Notes: a model not told the origin generated them from the sequence alone. Shown: positions 10,169 through 19,933, numbered from the stretch's first letter. The stretch is DNA of 64,000 nt from Candidatus Fermentithermobacillus carboniphilus (GCA_018208355.1 CP062796.1:237217-301216); one strand, 5' to 3'. Made by a program: numbers and translations.

Positions 10169-11191
10169 TTACGATCCTTTTTCCATGGATATCTTGGGAT
10201 TCAAATAGGTATAAAGGATATCCGATGTGAGATTCATCAGCACAAAAGTGAGCGCATAAACCATAACGGCTCCTTGAACTAGCGAGTAATCACGGCTGAA
10301 TATACCGTCAACCACAAGCCTTCCCATTCCCGGCCAACTGAAAATAGTCTCAACTATCATGTTCCCGCCGAGCAAAGTGCCGGTCTCAAGACCTGCTACC
10401 GTCACAGTCGGTATAAGGGCATTGCGAAGAGCGTGTTTGACGATGACCAGATGCTCTGGGACCCCCTTTGCTCTGGCAAACATCACGTAATCTTTTTGCA
10501 GAACTTCAAGCATACTGGATCTGACAACTCGAGTAATGACTGCCGCGGGAGCCGCGCCCAGAGCAACAGCCGGTAATATGAGGTGCTCAAGACTGTTCTT
10601 GAGGGCGGCCAGGTCCCACGCTAAAACGGAGTCCAGGACATAGAGTCCTGTTCTTTTAGGCGGAGTAAAACCGTAATCCGCACGACCTGACGTAGGCAAG
10701 ATTCCCAGATTTACCGAGAAAATGATGATTAGCACAATACCCAGCCAGAATGCCGGCACCGAAATGCCGAGAAAGGCTCCTGCCGTGCTGGCCCTATCCA
10801 TAGCAGAATTGTGCTTTACTGCGGATAATACTCCTACGGGTATCCCTATAAGAAGCGCAAAAAACATGGCGGCAATAGCCAGTTCGACGGTTGCAGGCAA
10901 TGCTTGGAGTATAAGCTTAGATACATTATCAGCGCGAGAAATGGAGTATCCTAAGTCGCCCCTCAGAACCCTCGAAAGATAGGACAAGAGCTGAATGTGG
11001 ACCGGTTGGTCTAGGTTGAATTGGGCTTTTAAAGAATCGATATCCGCCTGAGTCACGTTAGAACCTTCACCAATCATGATATCAACGGGGTCTCCCGGGA
11101 TTAGCCTCATAAATAAGAAAACTACGATGCAAACCCCCAACATGATGGGGATGGCTCCAAGTATTCTCTCAAGTATCCGTATCCCACGCAT
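10169..11191 (-). CDS. oppB: ABC peptide transporter permease (OppB/DppB-like)
   Basis: MRGIRILERILGAIPIMLGVCIVVFLFMRLIPGDPV..., a canonical OppB/DppB N-terminus. RBS GAGGAGA. Confidence 0.8.
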   Translation of the reverse strand: MRGIRILERILGAIPIMLGVCIVVFLFMRLIPGDPVDIMIGEGSNVTQADIDSLKAQFNLDQPVHIQLLSYLSRVLRGDLGYSISRADNVSKLILQALPATVELAIAAMFFALLIGIPVGVLSAVKHNSAMDRASTAGAFLGISVPAFWLGIVLIIIFSVNLGILPTSGRADYGFTPPKRTGLYVLDSVLAWDLAALKNSLEHLILPAVALGAAPAAVITRVVRSSMLEVLQKDYVMFARAKGVPEHLVIVKHALRNALIPTVTVAGLETGTLLGGNMIVETIFSWPGMGRLVVDGIFSRDYSLVQGAVMVYALTFVLMNLTSDILYTYLNPKISMEKGS

Positions 11192-11310
11192 TTTGCATCA
11201 TTCTCCTCTATGGACGGTAAAGAGGTTCAAAGGAGACATGTGGTCAGAAGCCCGAAGATGGGCCAGGGTTGCCTTTGAAACGGCTATCCGGCCCATCATC
11301 AGCCACACTT

Positions 11311-12894
11311 TTACTTGGAAGGTACTTTCGCTTCGATGCCGGCTTCCTTCAGAAGTGCGATTGCTTTTTCGGGATTATACTCGTAAGGCCTCAAGTTCTC
11401 GTCAAAACCAAAACCGCTGGGTAAAAATACGGTTGCAAGTCTGCCTGCGTTATCGCCGTAGATGGAGTTGAGTATTGTATCCCAATCAATGGCGTAGTTA
11501 AGTGCCTTGCGGACTCGAACGTCGTCGAAAGGAGGTTTTTTGTTGTTCAATTCTATGCCGTACACTCTTGTGCCTGGCACTGACTGGACTACTACATTCG
11601 GATCCGATGCCAGACTCTTTGCCATATCTGGTGGGAGCTTATCGATAATATGGACTTCGCCTGCTTTCAGGGATGACACTCGAGTGGCAGGATCAGGCAT
11701 CATCCTGAAAATCGCTGTTTTCACCGGGGCTGGGCCCACAGGTGGAAGGTCTGGTGAACCGCCATAATAGTCGTCGAACCTCTCGAGCGCGACCTGGTCA
11801 CTGAGGTTTCCCTCTTTGAACTTAAATGGGCCAGTGCCTATGGGCTTTTCGGCAAACTTATCATCGCCCACTTGTTTAATATAATGTTCAGGGACGATCT
11901 GAAAATGTGCCAGAGCCTGAGTGAAAACGGGGAACGGATTCTTCAGAGTAAACTTAACCGTATAATCATCCAGTTTTTCCACTCTTTCTACCGGCCCCAA
12001 TAGATCCTTTCTCGGTGAAGTTTTGCCCGAGATTCCGTTCTCACTGAGTATCCGCTGGAACGTAAAAAGCACATCATCGGCATTGAGCAAGTGGCCGTCG
12101 TGAAATTTTACTCCGTGACGGATCTTGAAAATGTAGGTGGTTGGGTCAGGGGTTTCCCAGGATTCAGCGATTTCGGGTACTATTTTGCCGTCCCAGGTTC
12201 TGGTTACCAGAGCATCAAATATGTTCCGGATAACGGTCTCAGTATCCCTGTCTCGGTAGTTCCCCGGGTCGAGCGTCACTATTTTATCTGTACCCAACCC
12301 CACTACCAATGTGTCTCCGTCTTTCAGCCTTACGTCGTGTAGATTGATCCGGGAATCCATGGATATGTGCCAGTTTTCAACTTGACTGGATGCGGCGCCG
12401 ATTTCTTTAAGATAATATCCGAAAACCCAAGGAGCATCTTCATATATAATCGCCTGAGCCTGCCGATAAAGGTCTTCTCTGGTGGCCTCATCGGTAGCCG
12501 CAGTTGCCTGTTGCAATACCTGGTCAAGTTTGGGATTTGAGTAGAAGGAATAGTTGCCCCTTCCATTGGTGGTCAGCTTGGGTATGACGAGGTCAAAAGG
12601 ATCGAAGTAGGAACTACCCCAGTCGGTCAAATACATCTGGCGACTGCCTTGTAAAAGCTGTTCTTTCATGGCGCTCCATTCCCAGACTCTAACCTCTGCG
12701 TTGATGCCGATCTTACGCAGATCAGCTGCTACTGCCTCAGCTTCATCCTTTCTGTTGGCTTCGGTATCGATGACTATAGATAGAGTCGGTCGCTTCTCTT
12801 TGGCCTCTTTCGTCCCGCATCCGGCAACTAAAAGGAGGGTCAACACCAAGAACATGGCGGCAAGATAGGTAGCGCGTCTTTTCTTGTAAAGCAA
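11311..12894 (-). CDS. ABC peptide-binding lipoprotein (SBP_bac_5 / OppA-DppA family), circularly permuted domain order
   Basis: TTG start with AAGGAGG 8 nt upstream gives MLYKKRRATYLAAMFLVLTLLLVAGC (lipobox). Residues ~30-200 match the C-terminal lobe of DppA (NYSFYSNPKLDQ...YRQAQAIIYEDAPWV). Residues ~205-528 match the N-terminal lobes (DTLVVGLGTD..., LNADDVLFTF, NPIGTGPF, DDVRVRKALNYAIDWDTILN..YNPEKAIALLKEAG). Confidence 0.8.
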   Translation of the reverse strand: MLYKKRRATYLAAMFLVLTLLLVAGCGTKEAKEKRPTLSIVIDTEANRKDEAEAVAADLRKIGINAEVRVWEWSAMKEQLLQGSRQMYLTDWGSSYFDPFDLVIPKLTTNGRGNYSFYSNPKLDQVLQQATAATDEATREDLYRQAQAIIYEDAPWVFGYYLKEIGAASSQVENWHISMDSRINLHDVRLKDGDTLVVGLGTDKIVTLDPGNYRDRDTETVIRNIFDALVTRTWDGKIVPEIAESWETPDPTTYIFKIRHGVKFHDGHLLNADDVLFTFQRILSENGISGKTSPRKDLLGPVERVEKLDDYTVKFTLKNPFPVFTQALAHFQIVPEHYIKQVGDDKFAEKPIGTGPFKFKEGNLSDQVALERFDDYYGGSPDLPPVGPAPVKTAIFRMMPDPATRVSSLKAGEVHIIDKLPPDMAKSLASDPNVVVQSVPGTRVYGIELNNKKPPFDDVRVRKALNYAIDWDTILNSIYGDNAGRLATVFLPSGFGFDENLRPYEYNPEKAIALLKEAGIEAKVPSK

Positions 12895-13399
12895 GGAAAT
12901 CAACCTCCTTCTCGGATGATTTAGAGAGAAAACTAGGCCACGCCAGGCCTTCGGAGCCGGAACCCTGAAGAAAAAATGGCCTCTCAAGGTGCAAATGAGA
13001 ATAACAGTCTACTGTTGGGACATAAAGAGAGGGACTACCAGCTAAGTCTTACCAGTCGATCCGCAAGTAAGTGACATGAGGTACACCTCCGTTTCCATTT
13101 AACGCCCATGCGTTGACAGGCGCTCCTCCATCAACGCTTACGAGGTTAGCTGACGGGCTCGGACTGATGAAGTAGCCCTACCTGTAGAACAGGATTCGCC
13201 CCAAGTTTGGTTCCCCCGTTCCTCCTACGGAAGAGGATTCAGCGTAGAACGGAAGTTGCTGGTGCTGCTAAGAGTTTGTGACTAAAAGGGCGAGCGTATC
13301 TTAAACCGACCTATCAAAGCACCTTAGTCCCAGACATTTTACCATGAGTTGGGCACAAAAGTCAAATAAATCGCCAGGAGTCAGCCGGGACCGGAAACT

Positions 13400-14071
13400 T
13401 TATTTGCCGCCTCTCGCCTGGGACCACCTGTGGGGGTCGTGTAAGAACTCTCTTATTACTCCTGCCACTTCCCTTGAGAAAAACCCTGTGGCCTCACCTT
13501 TATCCACAATAGCGGGCCAGTCCGTCAACCAGTGGACCCTCACCCCGATAGACCCCAGGCTGTTCTCATATTCTTCGTGAAGAGCATAGGAAGCCACGGT
13601 AAAGACGTGTTCCACCTGGAAGCCGGCTTGTCTTAAGCCGTTTATGAAGTTTACTTTGCTGCCGCCATCAAAAATGAGGTCCTCAACCAGGATCACCCTT
13701 GAACCCTCGGGAACATATCCCTCAACCTGGGCGTTTCGACCGAAACCTTTAGGCTTCTTCCGCACGTAGAGCATGGGAAGCCCCATCTTCCAGCTCAAGA
13801 AAGCCGCGTACGGGATGCCGGCGGTCTCCCCGCCTGCCACCGCGTCGGTGGGGGCATCCACAGTGTCCCGGACAAGGCTTTCCAGAAGCCCGATTACCTC
13901 CTCCCTTTCCGGTACGAAAGAAATGAGGCGACGGCAGTCGATATACACCGGGCTCTTTGTCCCTGAAGTGAGGGTGAATGGTTCCTCTGGGCGGGCTCCA
14001 ACCGCTCCTATACGGATCAATATTTCTGCTACTCTATCACTCGCCAGCACTTTTTCAAATCTTTTAACCAT
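13400..14071 (-). CDS. pyrE: orotate phosphoribosyltransferase
   Basis: TLTSGTKSPVYIDCR, VAGGETAGIPYAA and VILVEDLIFDGGS motifs. RBS GGGGAGGAG 8 nt before the ATG. Confidence 0.85.
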   Translation of the reverse strand: MVKRFEKVLASDRVAEILIRIGAVGARPEEPFTLTSGTKSPVYIDCRRLISFVPEREEVIGLLESLVRDTVDAPTDAVAGGETAGIPYAAFLSWKMGLPMLYVRKKPKGFGRNAQVEGYVPEGSRVILVEDLIFDGGSKVNFINGLRQAGFQVEHVFTVASYALHEEYENSLGSIGVRVHWLTDWPAIVDKGEATGFFSREVAGVIREFLHDPHRWSQARGGK

Positions 14072-15093
14072 TTCGGTAACTCCTCCCCGTATTTTCGTTC
14101 TAAGTCCGAAAGCGCGCGCTTAAAGTCCTCAGGCACCGGAGCGAAGAATTCCATGTATGGAGCGTCCGTACCTTCACCGCCGGATCCTCCTGCTCCGGCA
14201 TCCTGGGTTGCTGCATCAAAAGACCTATACAGCCCCAATTTATAGGCGTGGAGAGCTTGACCGGGCAGTCCAAGTTCTCCCTTTGTTCGACCATAGACCG
14301 GATCACCGACCACGGGGTGCCCGATGTGGCACATATGCACGCGGATCTGGTGAGTCCTCCCTGTCCTGAGTTTTGCAACAATCAAAGTATAGTCATCCCC
14401 AAATCGCGAGATAACTTCGTAATCTGTAACGGCTCTTCTTCCCCTGCCCTCTGAAGAGACCACCGCCATCTTTTTCCTGTCCACAGGGTGCCTCCCGATT
14501 GGAGCATCCACCGACCCGGAATCCTTCCTGACCCGCCCTCTTAAAAGAGCCAGGTATTCTCGTCTTACTATCCTCTCTTTGATTTGCTGTTGCAGGGACC
14601 AAAGGGCCCTCTCGTTCTTGGCCACCACCAAGAGCCCAGTTGTGTCTTTGTCAAGCCTGTGTACTATACCCGGACGAATCTGTCCTCCTATCGAGGACAG
14701 GTCAGGGCAGTGGTTTAGAATGGCGTTCACCAGGGTTCCCTGCCAGTGTCCCGCAGCGGGATGGACCACCATCCCCCTTTCTTTGTTAATGACCAGGATG
14801 TCGTCATCTTCGTAGACCACATCCAGAGGGATGGCCTCCGGTTCTACATCCCATTCCTTTGGAGGAGGTACTTCCACTGTAACCAAATCTCCGGCCTTTA
14901 CTCTGGTCGATGCTTTTTTCGCCGGAGTGCCGTTAATCGTTACCCTGCCTTCTTCGATGAGAGACTTAACTCTTGATCGCGATAACTTGGGAAGGTTCTC
15001 GGACACGTACACGTCTATTCTGCACTTTTCAGCTTCAGGACTTACCTTGAGGGTAAATACTCTATTCCCGTTCCCTGTGTTTTCCTTCTCCAT
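14029..15093 (-). CDS. rluD: 23S rRNA pseudouridine synthase, RluA/RluD family (S4 domain + PseudoU_synth_2)
   Basis: S4-like N-terminus and catalytic HRLDKDTTGLLVVAK. lspA-rluD synteny. The C-terminal tail overlaps the pyrE start by 43 nt. Confidence 0.8.
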   Translation of the reverse strand: MEKENTGNGNRVFTLKVSPEAEKCRIDVYVSENLPKLSRSRVKSLIEEGRVTINGTPAKKASTRVKAGDLVTVEVPPPKEWDVEPEAIPLDVVYEDDDILVINKERGMVVHPAAGHWQGTLVNAILNHCPDLSSIGGQIRPGIVHRLDKDTTGLLVVAKNERALWSLQQQIKERIVRREYLALLRGRVRKDSGSVDAPIGRHPVDRKKMAVVSSEGRGRRAVTDYEVISRFGDDYTLIVAKLRTGRTHQIRVHMCHIGHPVVGDPVYGRTKGELGLPGQALHAYKLGLYRSFDAATQDAGAGGSGGEGTDAPYMEFFAPVPEDFKRALSDLERKYGEELPKWLKDLKKCWRVIE

Positions 15094-15099
15094 TACAAA

Positions 15100-15546
15100 C
15101 TAACCCTGCCTTTTCGAAGACAACAAGAGAACCAGTCCAATGACGAAAGCCCCGACGACTATGGCGGAGTCGGCAAGGTTGAATATGGGCGAGAAATATC
15201 TGAAACTGATGAAATCGGTGACCGTTCCCTGGCGCAGCCTGTCCAGCAGGTTTCCCATGGCCCCTCCCGAGATGAGTCCAAGGGCGACCCCCACCGGCCA
15301 TCCGTACTCTTCGGCTTTCGGATAGAAGATAATTGACATGATGACGCTCAGGATGCTCGTAATCACGAAGAAACTTGTCGCTCCAGGAAAAAGACCGAAG
15401 GCGGCCCCGGGATTTTCCCAATACGTTATCTTCAAGAGATCTCCCAGGATTGGCCTGGATTGGCCGAAAGTAAAGTGGGATCTCACATACCACTTGGTCA
15501 GCTGGTCCAGAATCAGCACTCCTGAAAACACAGACCAAAAAATCAA
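15100..15546 (-). CDS. lspA: lipoprotein signal peptidase II
   Basis: 148 aa, 4 TM helices, with conserved NxGAAFG-like (NPGAAFG) and FNLAD motifs. Confidence 0.85.
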   Translation of the reverse strand: MIFWSVFSGVLILDQLTKWYVRSHFTFGQSRPILGDLLKITYWENPGAAFGLFPGATSFFVITSILSVIMSIIFYPKAEEYGWPVGVALGLISGGAMGNLLDRLRQGTVTDFISFRYFSPIFNLADSAIVVGAFVIGLVLLLSSKRQG

Positions 15547-15770
15547 TGTCCCTTGCTCACTTTCTAAAGCATCTTTATAGACTCGCGGACGCCTCGAAGG
15601 CGCGCCAGATAAAGCATACTCATACCAGGACGAATGAGCAAGGCGTGGGAAGGTCAGACCCCGGGAGGCCGGTCCGTCCCCTTTCGGCGACCGGGAAAAA
15701 CATAGCAGGAAAAGCCGCTGGTGTCCCGGGCTTAAGCCAGATTAAGCCGAACCAAGCCAGACTAACGAGA

Positions 15771-16322
15771 CTAAGCCAAATTACACGAGACCACACCAGA
15801 TTGAGAAAGAGGAGGCTCGTCGCCCGGTTGCTCTTCGTTGCCTTCGCCTTCATCGGGAAACCCCGGTTTTATCACTTGTTCCTCGACAGGCCTGCGGCTT
15901 CGAGGTTTGACTTCCTCTTCTTTTTGGCACCGGACGCAGAGTTCCGCTTCGGGTGCGGCTTCCAGTCTTCCTTCTGGTATGGGCTGGCCGCACCTTAAGC
16001 ACACGCCATAAGTCCCCTGCCGTATCCTGGCAATGGCTCCTTCGACTCTTGAAAGATTTATCTCGATGCCGTCTTTAAGACCCAGGTCTTTTTCCCTTTC
16101 AAAGGTCTCGGTCCCGATATCTGCCGGGTGTTGGTCGTACATCGCTTCTTCGGAAAGACTATCCTTCTGGCCCTGTGAAAAGGTTTTCTCCTTAATGGCC
16201 GTAAACGCCCTGAGGAGCCGCTCTTTTTCGCGAGTAAGGAGGTTCTCGAAATGTCGCAAGTCCAGATCGTTTCTGACTGGAGCGCCCCGGCCGGGGCGAG
16301 ATCGATCCATTCCTGAATTCAT
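15771..16322 (-). CDS. DksA/TraR-family C4 zinc-finger protein (YteA-like) with acidic C-terminal extension
   Basis: CLRCGQPIPEGRL...CVRCQ four-Cys zinc finger preceded by a coiled-coil region. RBS AAGGGAG. Confidence 0.65.
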   Translation of the reverse strand: MNSGMDRSRPGRGAPVRNDLDLRHFENLLTREKERLLRAFTAIKEKTFSQGQKDSLSEEAMYDQHPADIGTETFEREKDLGLKDGIEINLSRVEGAIARIRQGTYGVCLRCGQPIPEGRLEAAPEAELCVRCQKEEEVKPRSRRPVEEQVIKPGFPDEGEGNEEQPGDEPPLSQSGVVSCNLA

Positions 16323-16388
16323 ACCGCATCTCCCTTTGTTTTCGGAAGTCTAAACATCCCAGTTTTCTTGTTAACCCCACAAGTTCCC

Positions 16389-16688
16389 TTATGGCTTTTG
16401 CCTCAGGTATTGCTGGACGATCCAGACGAGTTCTCCCAGGAAATTACCTATGATGGGAAGATTCAGTAAAAAACTCCTGGTCAGGATATATATGACCAGC
16501 GCCCCCAGGAGAGTGAAACCCACGGCCAGTCCCACGCCTCTCGAGAGCCCTCCGAGAAGATTCAGGTAAATGAGGCGCCAGGGCTTGTTCAACAAGTCGA
16601 CATATTCGGCAATTTTGGCCCTCTCGAGAGAATTCGAAATCTTTATAAGAGTTTTCTCCAGCCTGTCTTCCCTTGTCTCCCTGTCCAA
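16389..16688 (-). CDS. small 2-TM membrane protein (DUF5665-like), hypothetical
   Basis: 99 aa with a hydrophobic core GVGLAVGFTLLGALVIYILT. No catalytic motifs. Confidence 0.45.
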   Translation of the reverse strand: MDRETREDRLEKTLIKISNSLERAKIAEYVDLLNKPWRLIYLNLLGGLSRGVGLAVGFTLLGALVIYILTRSFLLNLPIIGNFLGELVWIVQQYLRQKP

Positions 16689-16979
16689 TCCGTGACTTCC
16701 CTCCCTAGTTTATTAGCGGGAGGATTACGCATCCCCTTTGACAGCCCCCGTGACTCCATCTTCTCGCGGGTGCGGTTATATCTTTTCTCAAAGAGGCGCC
16801 GGGTAACCCCAGATCGAAGCAGTCAGGGTAAAACCTTCAAGGGCTTGGCGCTCTCACGGGGCCGGATTCCCCGAGGAGGTAAACGTGAAATCCTGAAGAA
16901 TCCTACAGAAGGATGGTAACGGAGTATCCATATAGCCAGAAACAGCTCAAGAGACCCTTCGAAGAGGAGGCTTTCTGCC

Positions 16980-18083
16980 ATGAGAATCCATGAGCTGGCG
17001 CGACCCGAAGTATTTACCCTTTCGCCCTACATTCCGGGAAAACCTGCGGACGAGGTCAAGCGGCAACTCGGACTCGAAAGGGTAATAAAACTTGCTTCCA
17101 ACGAAAACCCCTTGGGACCCTCGCCCAGGGCCGTAAAATGCATCCAAGACCTGGCGTCGTCTGTCCACATTTACCCGGACGCGTCCGCATTCCGCTTAAA
17201 GACCGCGCTTCGGGAAAGATATGATATCGATGCGGACCAGATCATCCTCGGCAATGGTTCCGACGAAATCATCATGCTCTTGGGCCAAACTTTCATTCGT
17301 CCCGGCGACGAAGCCATCATGCCCCACCCCAGTTTTCCGGTATACAGGACCTCTGTTCTCCTCATGGGAGGCCGCCCGGTGGAGGTACCCCTTAAGGATG
17401 GATTTCTCGACATTGAGGCGATGGTTTCGAGGGTCACCGAAAAAACAAAGATGTTCTTTGTATGTAACCCCAACAACCCTACGGGTGCCATGGTCGACCG
17501 CTCCCGCATCCAGTATCTCATGGACAACATTCCCGATCACGTCCTCGTGGTGGCAGATGAAGCCTACGCCGAGTACGTAGAGGACCCCGACTACGGAGAC
17601 ATGTTGCGGTACCTCAAAGAAGGCCGCAATGTGGCCGTTCTACACACCTTTTCCAAAATCTACGGGCTTGCCGGGTTGAGAGTCGGTTACGGCCTTGTAC
17701 CCGCCGATGTGGCGGCTGCTTTTAACCGGGTGCGGCTTTCGTTCAACACCAATGCCATCGGCCAGGCCGCAGCGTGCGCCGCCCTGGAAGACCTTGACCA
17801 TGTGGAAAAGAGCCGCAAACTCAACGCGCAGGGAATGAGATACCTTTCGGCCCGGTTCACCGAGATGGGACTGAAAGTTTATCCCTCCTGGGGCAACTTC
17901 ATCCTGGTGGATACCGGACGCGACTGCCAGAAGGTATTTGAAGGTCTCATCCGAAAAGGAGTAATTGTCCGGCCGACAACCCCCTGGGGCCTCGATACCT
18001 GCCTCCGGATCACGGTGGGGACTCCCGAAGAAAACGAGGTTCTCGTAGAAGCGCTGGAAGCGACTCTGGAGGAGCTGGCCTGA
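16980..18083 (+). CDS. hisC: histidinol-phosphate aminotransferase
   Basis: LASNENPLGPSP, PLP lysine TFSKIYGLAGLRVGY, and CNPNNPTG. RBS GAGGAGG 9 nt upstream. Confidence 0.85.
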   Translation: MRIHELARPEVFTLSPYIPGKPADEVKRQLGLERVIKLASNENPLGPSPRAVKCIQDLASSVHIYPDASAFRLKTALRERYDIDADQIILGNGSDEIIMLLGQTFIRPGDEAIMPHPSFPVYRTSVLLMGGRPVEVPLKDGFLDIEAMVSRVTEKTKMFFVCNPNNPTGAMVDRSRIQYLMDNIPDHVLVVADEAYAEYVEDPDYGDMLRYLKEGRNVAVLHTFSKIYGLAGLRVGYGLVPADVAAAFNRVRLSFNTNAIGQAAACAALEDLDHVEKSRKLNAQGMRYLSARFTEMGLKVYPSWGNFILVDTGRDCQKVFEGLIRKGVIVRPTTPWGLDTCLRITVGTPEENEVLVEALEATLEELA

Positions 18084-18105
18084 CTGAGCCGGGCGTGGGG
18101 CTTCT

Positions 18106-19068
18106 TCAAAAACAGAGTTCCACCTCGATTCCCAGGCTTGTGGCAGATTCCAGGACAGTCTCCCTCAGATAGTCCAGATACGCCAGGGGATTCTTCAGAT
18201 ACCTGTTGAGAGCTAGAATTGCATCAGGGTGGGCCACCTGGCGGAAGCGGGCGACTGCAGAAGGGTACGGGTTAAACCGGTCCACGAGAACCCGCCTCAC
18301 CCCGGCATCCCGGAACCTGATTAACATTTCCCTGATAACCCTAGGTGAATCTGAATGGTACGGCAACACCGGACCGAAGAATCCCCAGGTTTGGAGGCCC
18401 GCACTAGACATCCTGCGAAGCACCTCAAACCTGCGGGATGATGGAGTCGCGCCTGGCTCGTATCTTTTGCTTATGGAGTCAACAGGATTGGTGATTGTCA
18501 TGCCGACCTCTGCATTGGGGATATCTTGGAGGATGTCGAGGTCGCGCACAACCAGGTCCGATTTGGTGAGGATCGAGAGCTCAAGCGCTTCCCACTTGAA
18601 ACTTGCGCTCCAACCGCCCGATTTCCCAAGCTGGGAAAGTATCTCCAGGCAAGAGCGTGTAAGTTTGTAAGCGCGCTCCGGTGGCTGATACGGATCTGTT
18701 ACGCTGGCCATCATGACTCGCAATACTCTGGGCGGTGCAGAAGGATGCTCGCCGAGCTGCAGGCCAGGGGACAATACCTTTCGGCTGAGGAGCATTTCTT
18801 TCCGGAGTATCTGGGCAACATTGACTTTAGCGTCTGCCCACGTCCCCCACTCGCCCTCATTGCCATGAAAGCGCGACATGAACGAGGCATAGCAGTACAC
18901 GCATCTGTGCAGGCAACCTGAGTATGGGTTTATCACGTAATCGACCCCAGGTATACCTGAGCGGACCAGGGCTGACCTGCACGTTACTTCCCGCACGGTA
19001 GCCTCGCTTGGGCCACTGTTTCCGGCGGCATGACCTTGTTGGAACGACCCTGGTTCAGCCTTCCTCAT
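18106..19068 (-). CDS. radical SAM protein, spore-photoproduct-lyase-like (SPL family / DNA repair photolyase-like)
   Basis: INPYSGCLHRCVYCYA (Cx3Cx2C) near the N-terminus with SPL-like downstream segments. Start uncertain: a GTG ~24 codons downstream is an alternative. Confidence 0.6.
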   Translation of the reverse strand: MRKAEPGSFQQGHAAGNSGPSEATVREVTCRSALVRSGIPGVDYVINPYSGCLHRCVYCYASFMSRFHGNEGEWGTWADAKVNVAQILRKEMLLSRKVLSPGLQLGEHPSAPPRVLRVMMASVTDPYQPPERAYKLTRSCLEILSQLGKSGGWSASFKWEALELSILTKSDLVVRDLDILQDIPNAEVGMTITNPVDSISKRYEPGATPSSRRFEVLRRMSSAGLQTWGFFGPVLPYHSDSPRVIREMLIRFRDAGVRRVLVDRFNPYPSAVARFRQVAHPDAILALNRYLKNPLAYLDYLRETVLESATSLGIEVELCF

Positions 19069-19100
19069 TCGATATCACCCGGTTACCGGGAAGCCCCTTG

Positions 19101-19904
19101 TCATGAGCCCCCCGTTATCGAAAGTTCCTCGTTGAGGACGTCGGCGATGAACATGTGGCCGGGGGCGTGCCCGATCACGAGCGGAAGTTTGGCATTGGAA
19201 GCTACCATCTGAGCGGTCACACCGCAAGCCCAAAACACTGGTACATCCCCGGGCTTAAGAACAGGAGGGTCTCCAAAATCCGGATGGTCCAGGTCCTTTA
19301 TCCCTAACCCCTCCGGATCGCCCACCCATACAGGCGCTCCGTGTGACAGCGGATATCGAGCGGTTATGGTCACTGCCTTGCTGACCAGGCTCGCAGGTAT
19401 GCCTCTCATGCTAACAACCATCTTTCCGCTGAAGGGTCCCGCCGGAATGCAGTCGATGTTGGAGATGTACATCGGGCAGTTTGACCCATTCTCTATGTGT
19501 CTCACCGGAACTCCGTGAGATAGCAGCGCTTCTTCGAACCCGAAACTGCATCCGATGAGGAAATAGACAAGATCCTCGGTCCAGAGCGACGTTATGTCTC
19601 CGACTCGCTCAACAAGAACCCCGTGGCGATATACCCAGTAGAGGGGTATGTCTGCCCGGATATCGGCCGACGCTGCCAGGAACTTAGTGTATGGGTCGCC
19701 CGGGGACCCGATTTCAAGGAGCGGACATGGCTTTGGGTTTCTCAGGCAGAAAGACGCAAAGTCCAACGCGTACTCTTTGTGCATTATAACGAGGTTGGCC
19801 TGGGCATATCCTCTGGCCAAGCCTGTGGTGGGCGTGACGAATCCAGATCTGAAGGCGCTTCGCCACTCTCTTGGGCTCTTCTCTTTATGCATTTCGGCTT
19901 CCAT
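19101..19904 (-). CDS. DUF1445 family putative hydro-lyase (D-glutamate cyclase-like)
   Basis: 267 aa (MEAEMHKEKSPREW…); family assignment from overall sequence, not a catalytic motif. ATG preceded by GGAGGG. Confidence 0.55.
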   Translation of the reverse strand: MEAEMHKEKSPREWRSAFRSGFVTPTTGLARGYAQANLVIMHKEYALDFASFCLRNPKPCPLLEIGSPGDPYTKFLAASADIRADIPLYWVYRHGVLVERVGDITSLWTEDLVYFLIGCSFGFEEALLSHGVPVRHIENGSNCPMYISNIDCIPAGPFSGKMVVSMRGIPASLVSKAVTITARYPLSHGAPVWVGDPEGLGIKDLDHPDFGDPPVLKPGDVPVFWACGVTAQMVASNAKLPLVIGHAPGHMFIADVLNEELSITGGS

Positions 19905-19933
19905 CACACCACCGACCCTCCGTCTCTATTCAT

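Noticed and set aside
12990-13340. RNase P RNA, tmRNA, SRP RNA or cobalamin riboswitch in the pyrE-opp gap
   Set aside because: None of the universal motifs (GGAAAGUCCGG, AGGGUGAAA, GGUUCGA tRNA-like end, GGUGCUG, GCCACUG B12 box) are present.
14029-14071. 43-nt rluD/pyrE overlap as a frameshift or fusion
   Set aside because: pyrE has its own strong RBS (GGGGAGGAG) and a canonical N-terminus. Treated as a genuine overlap.
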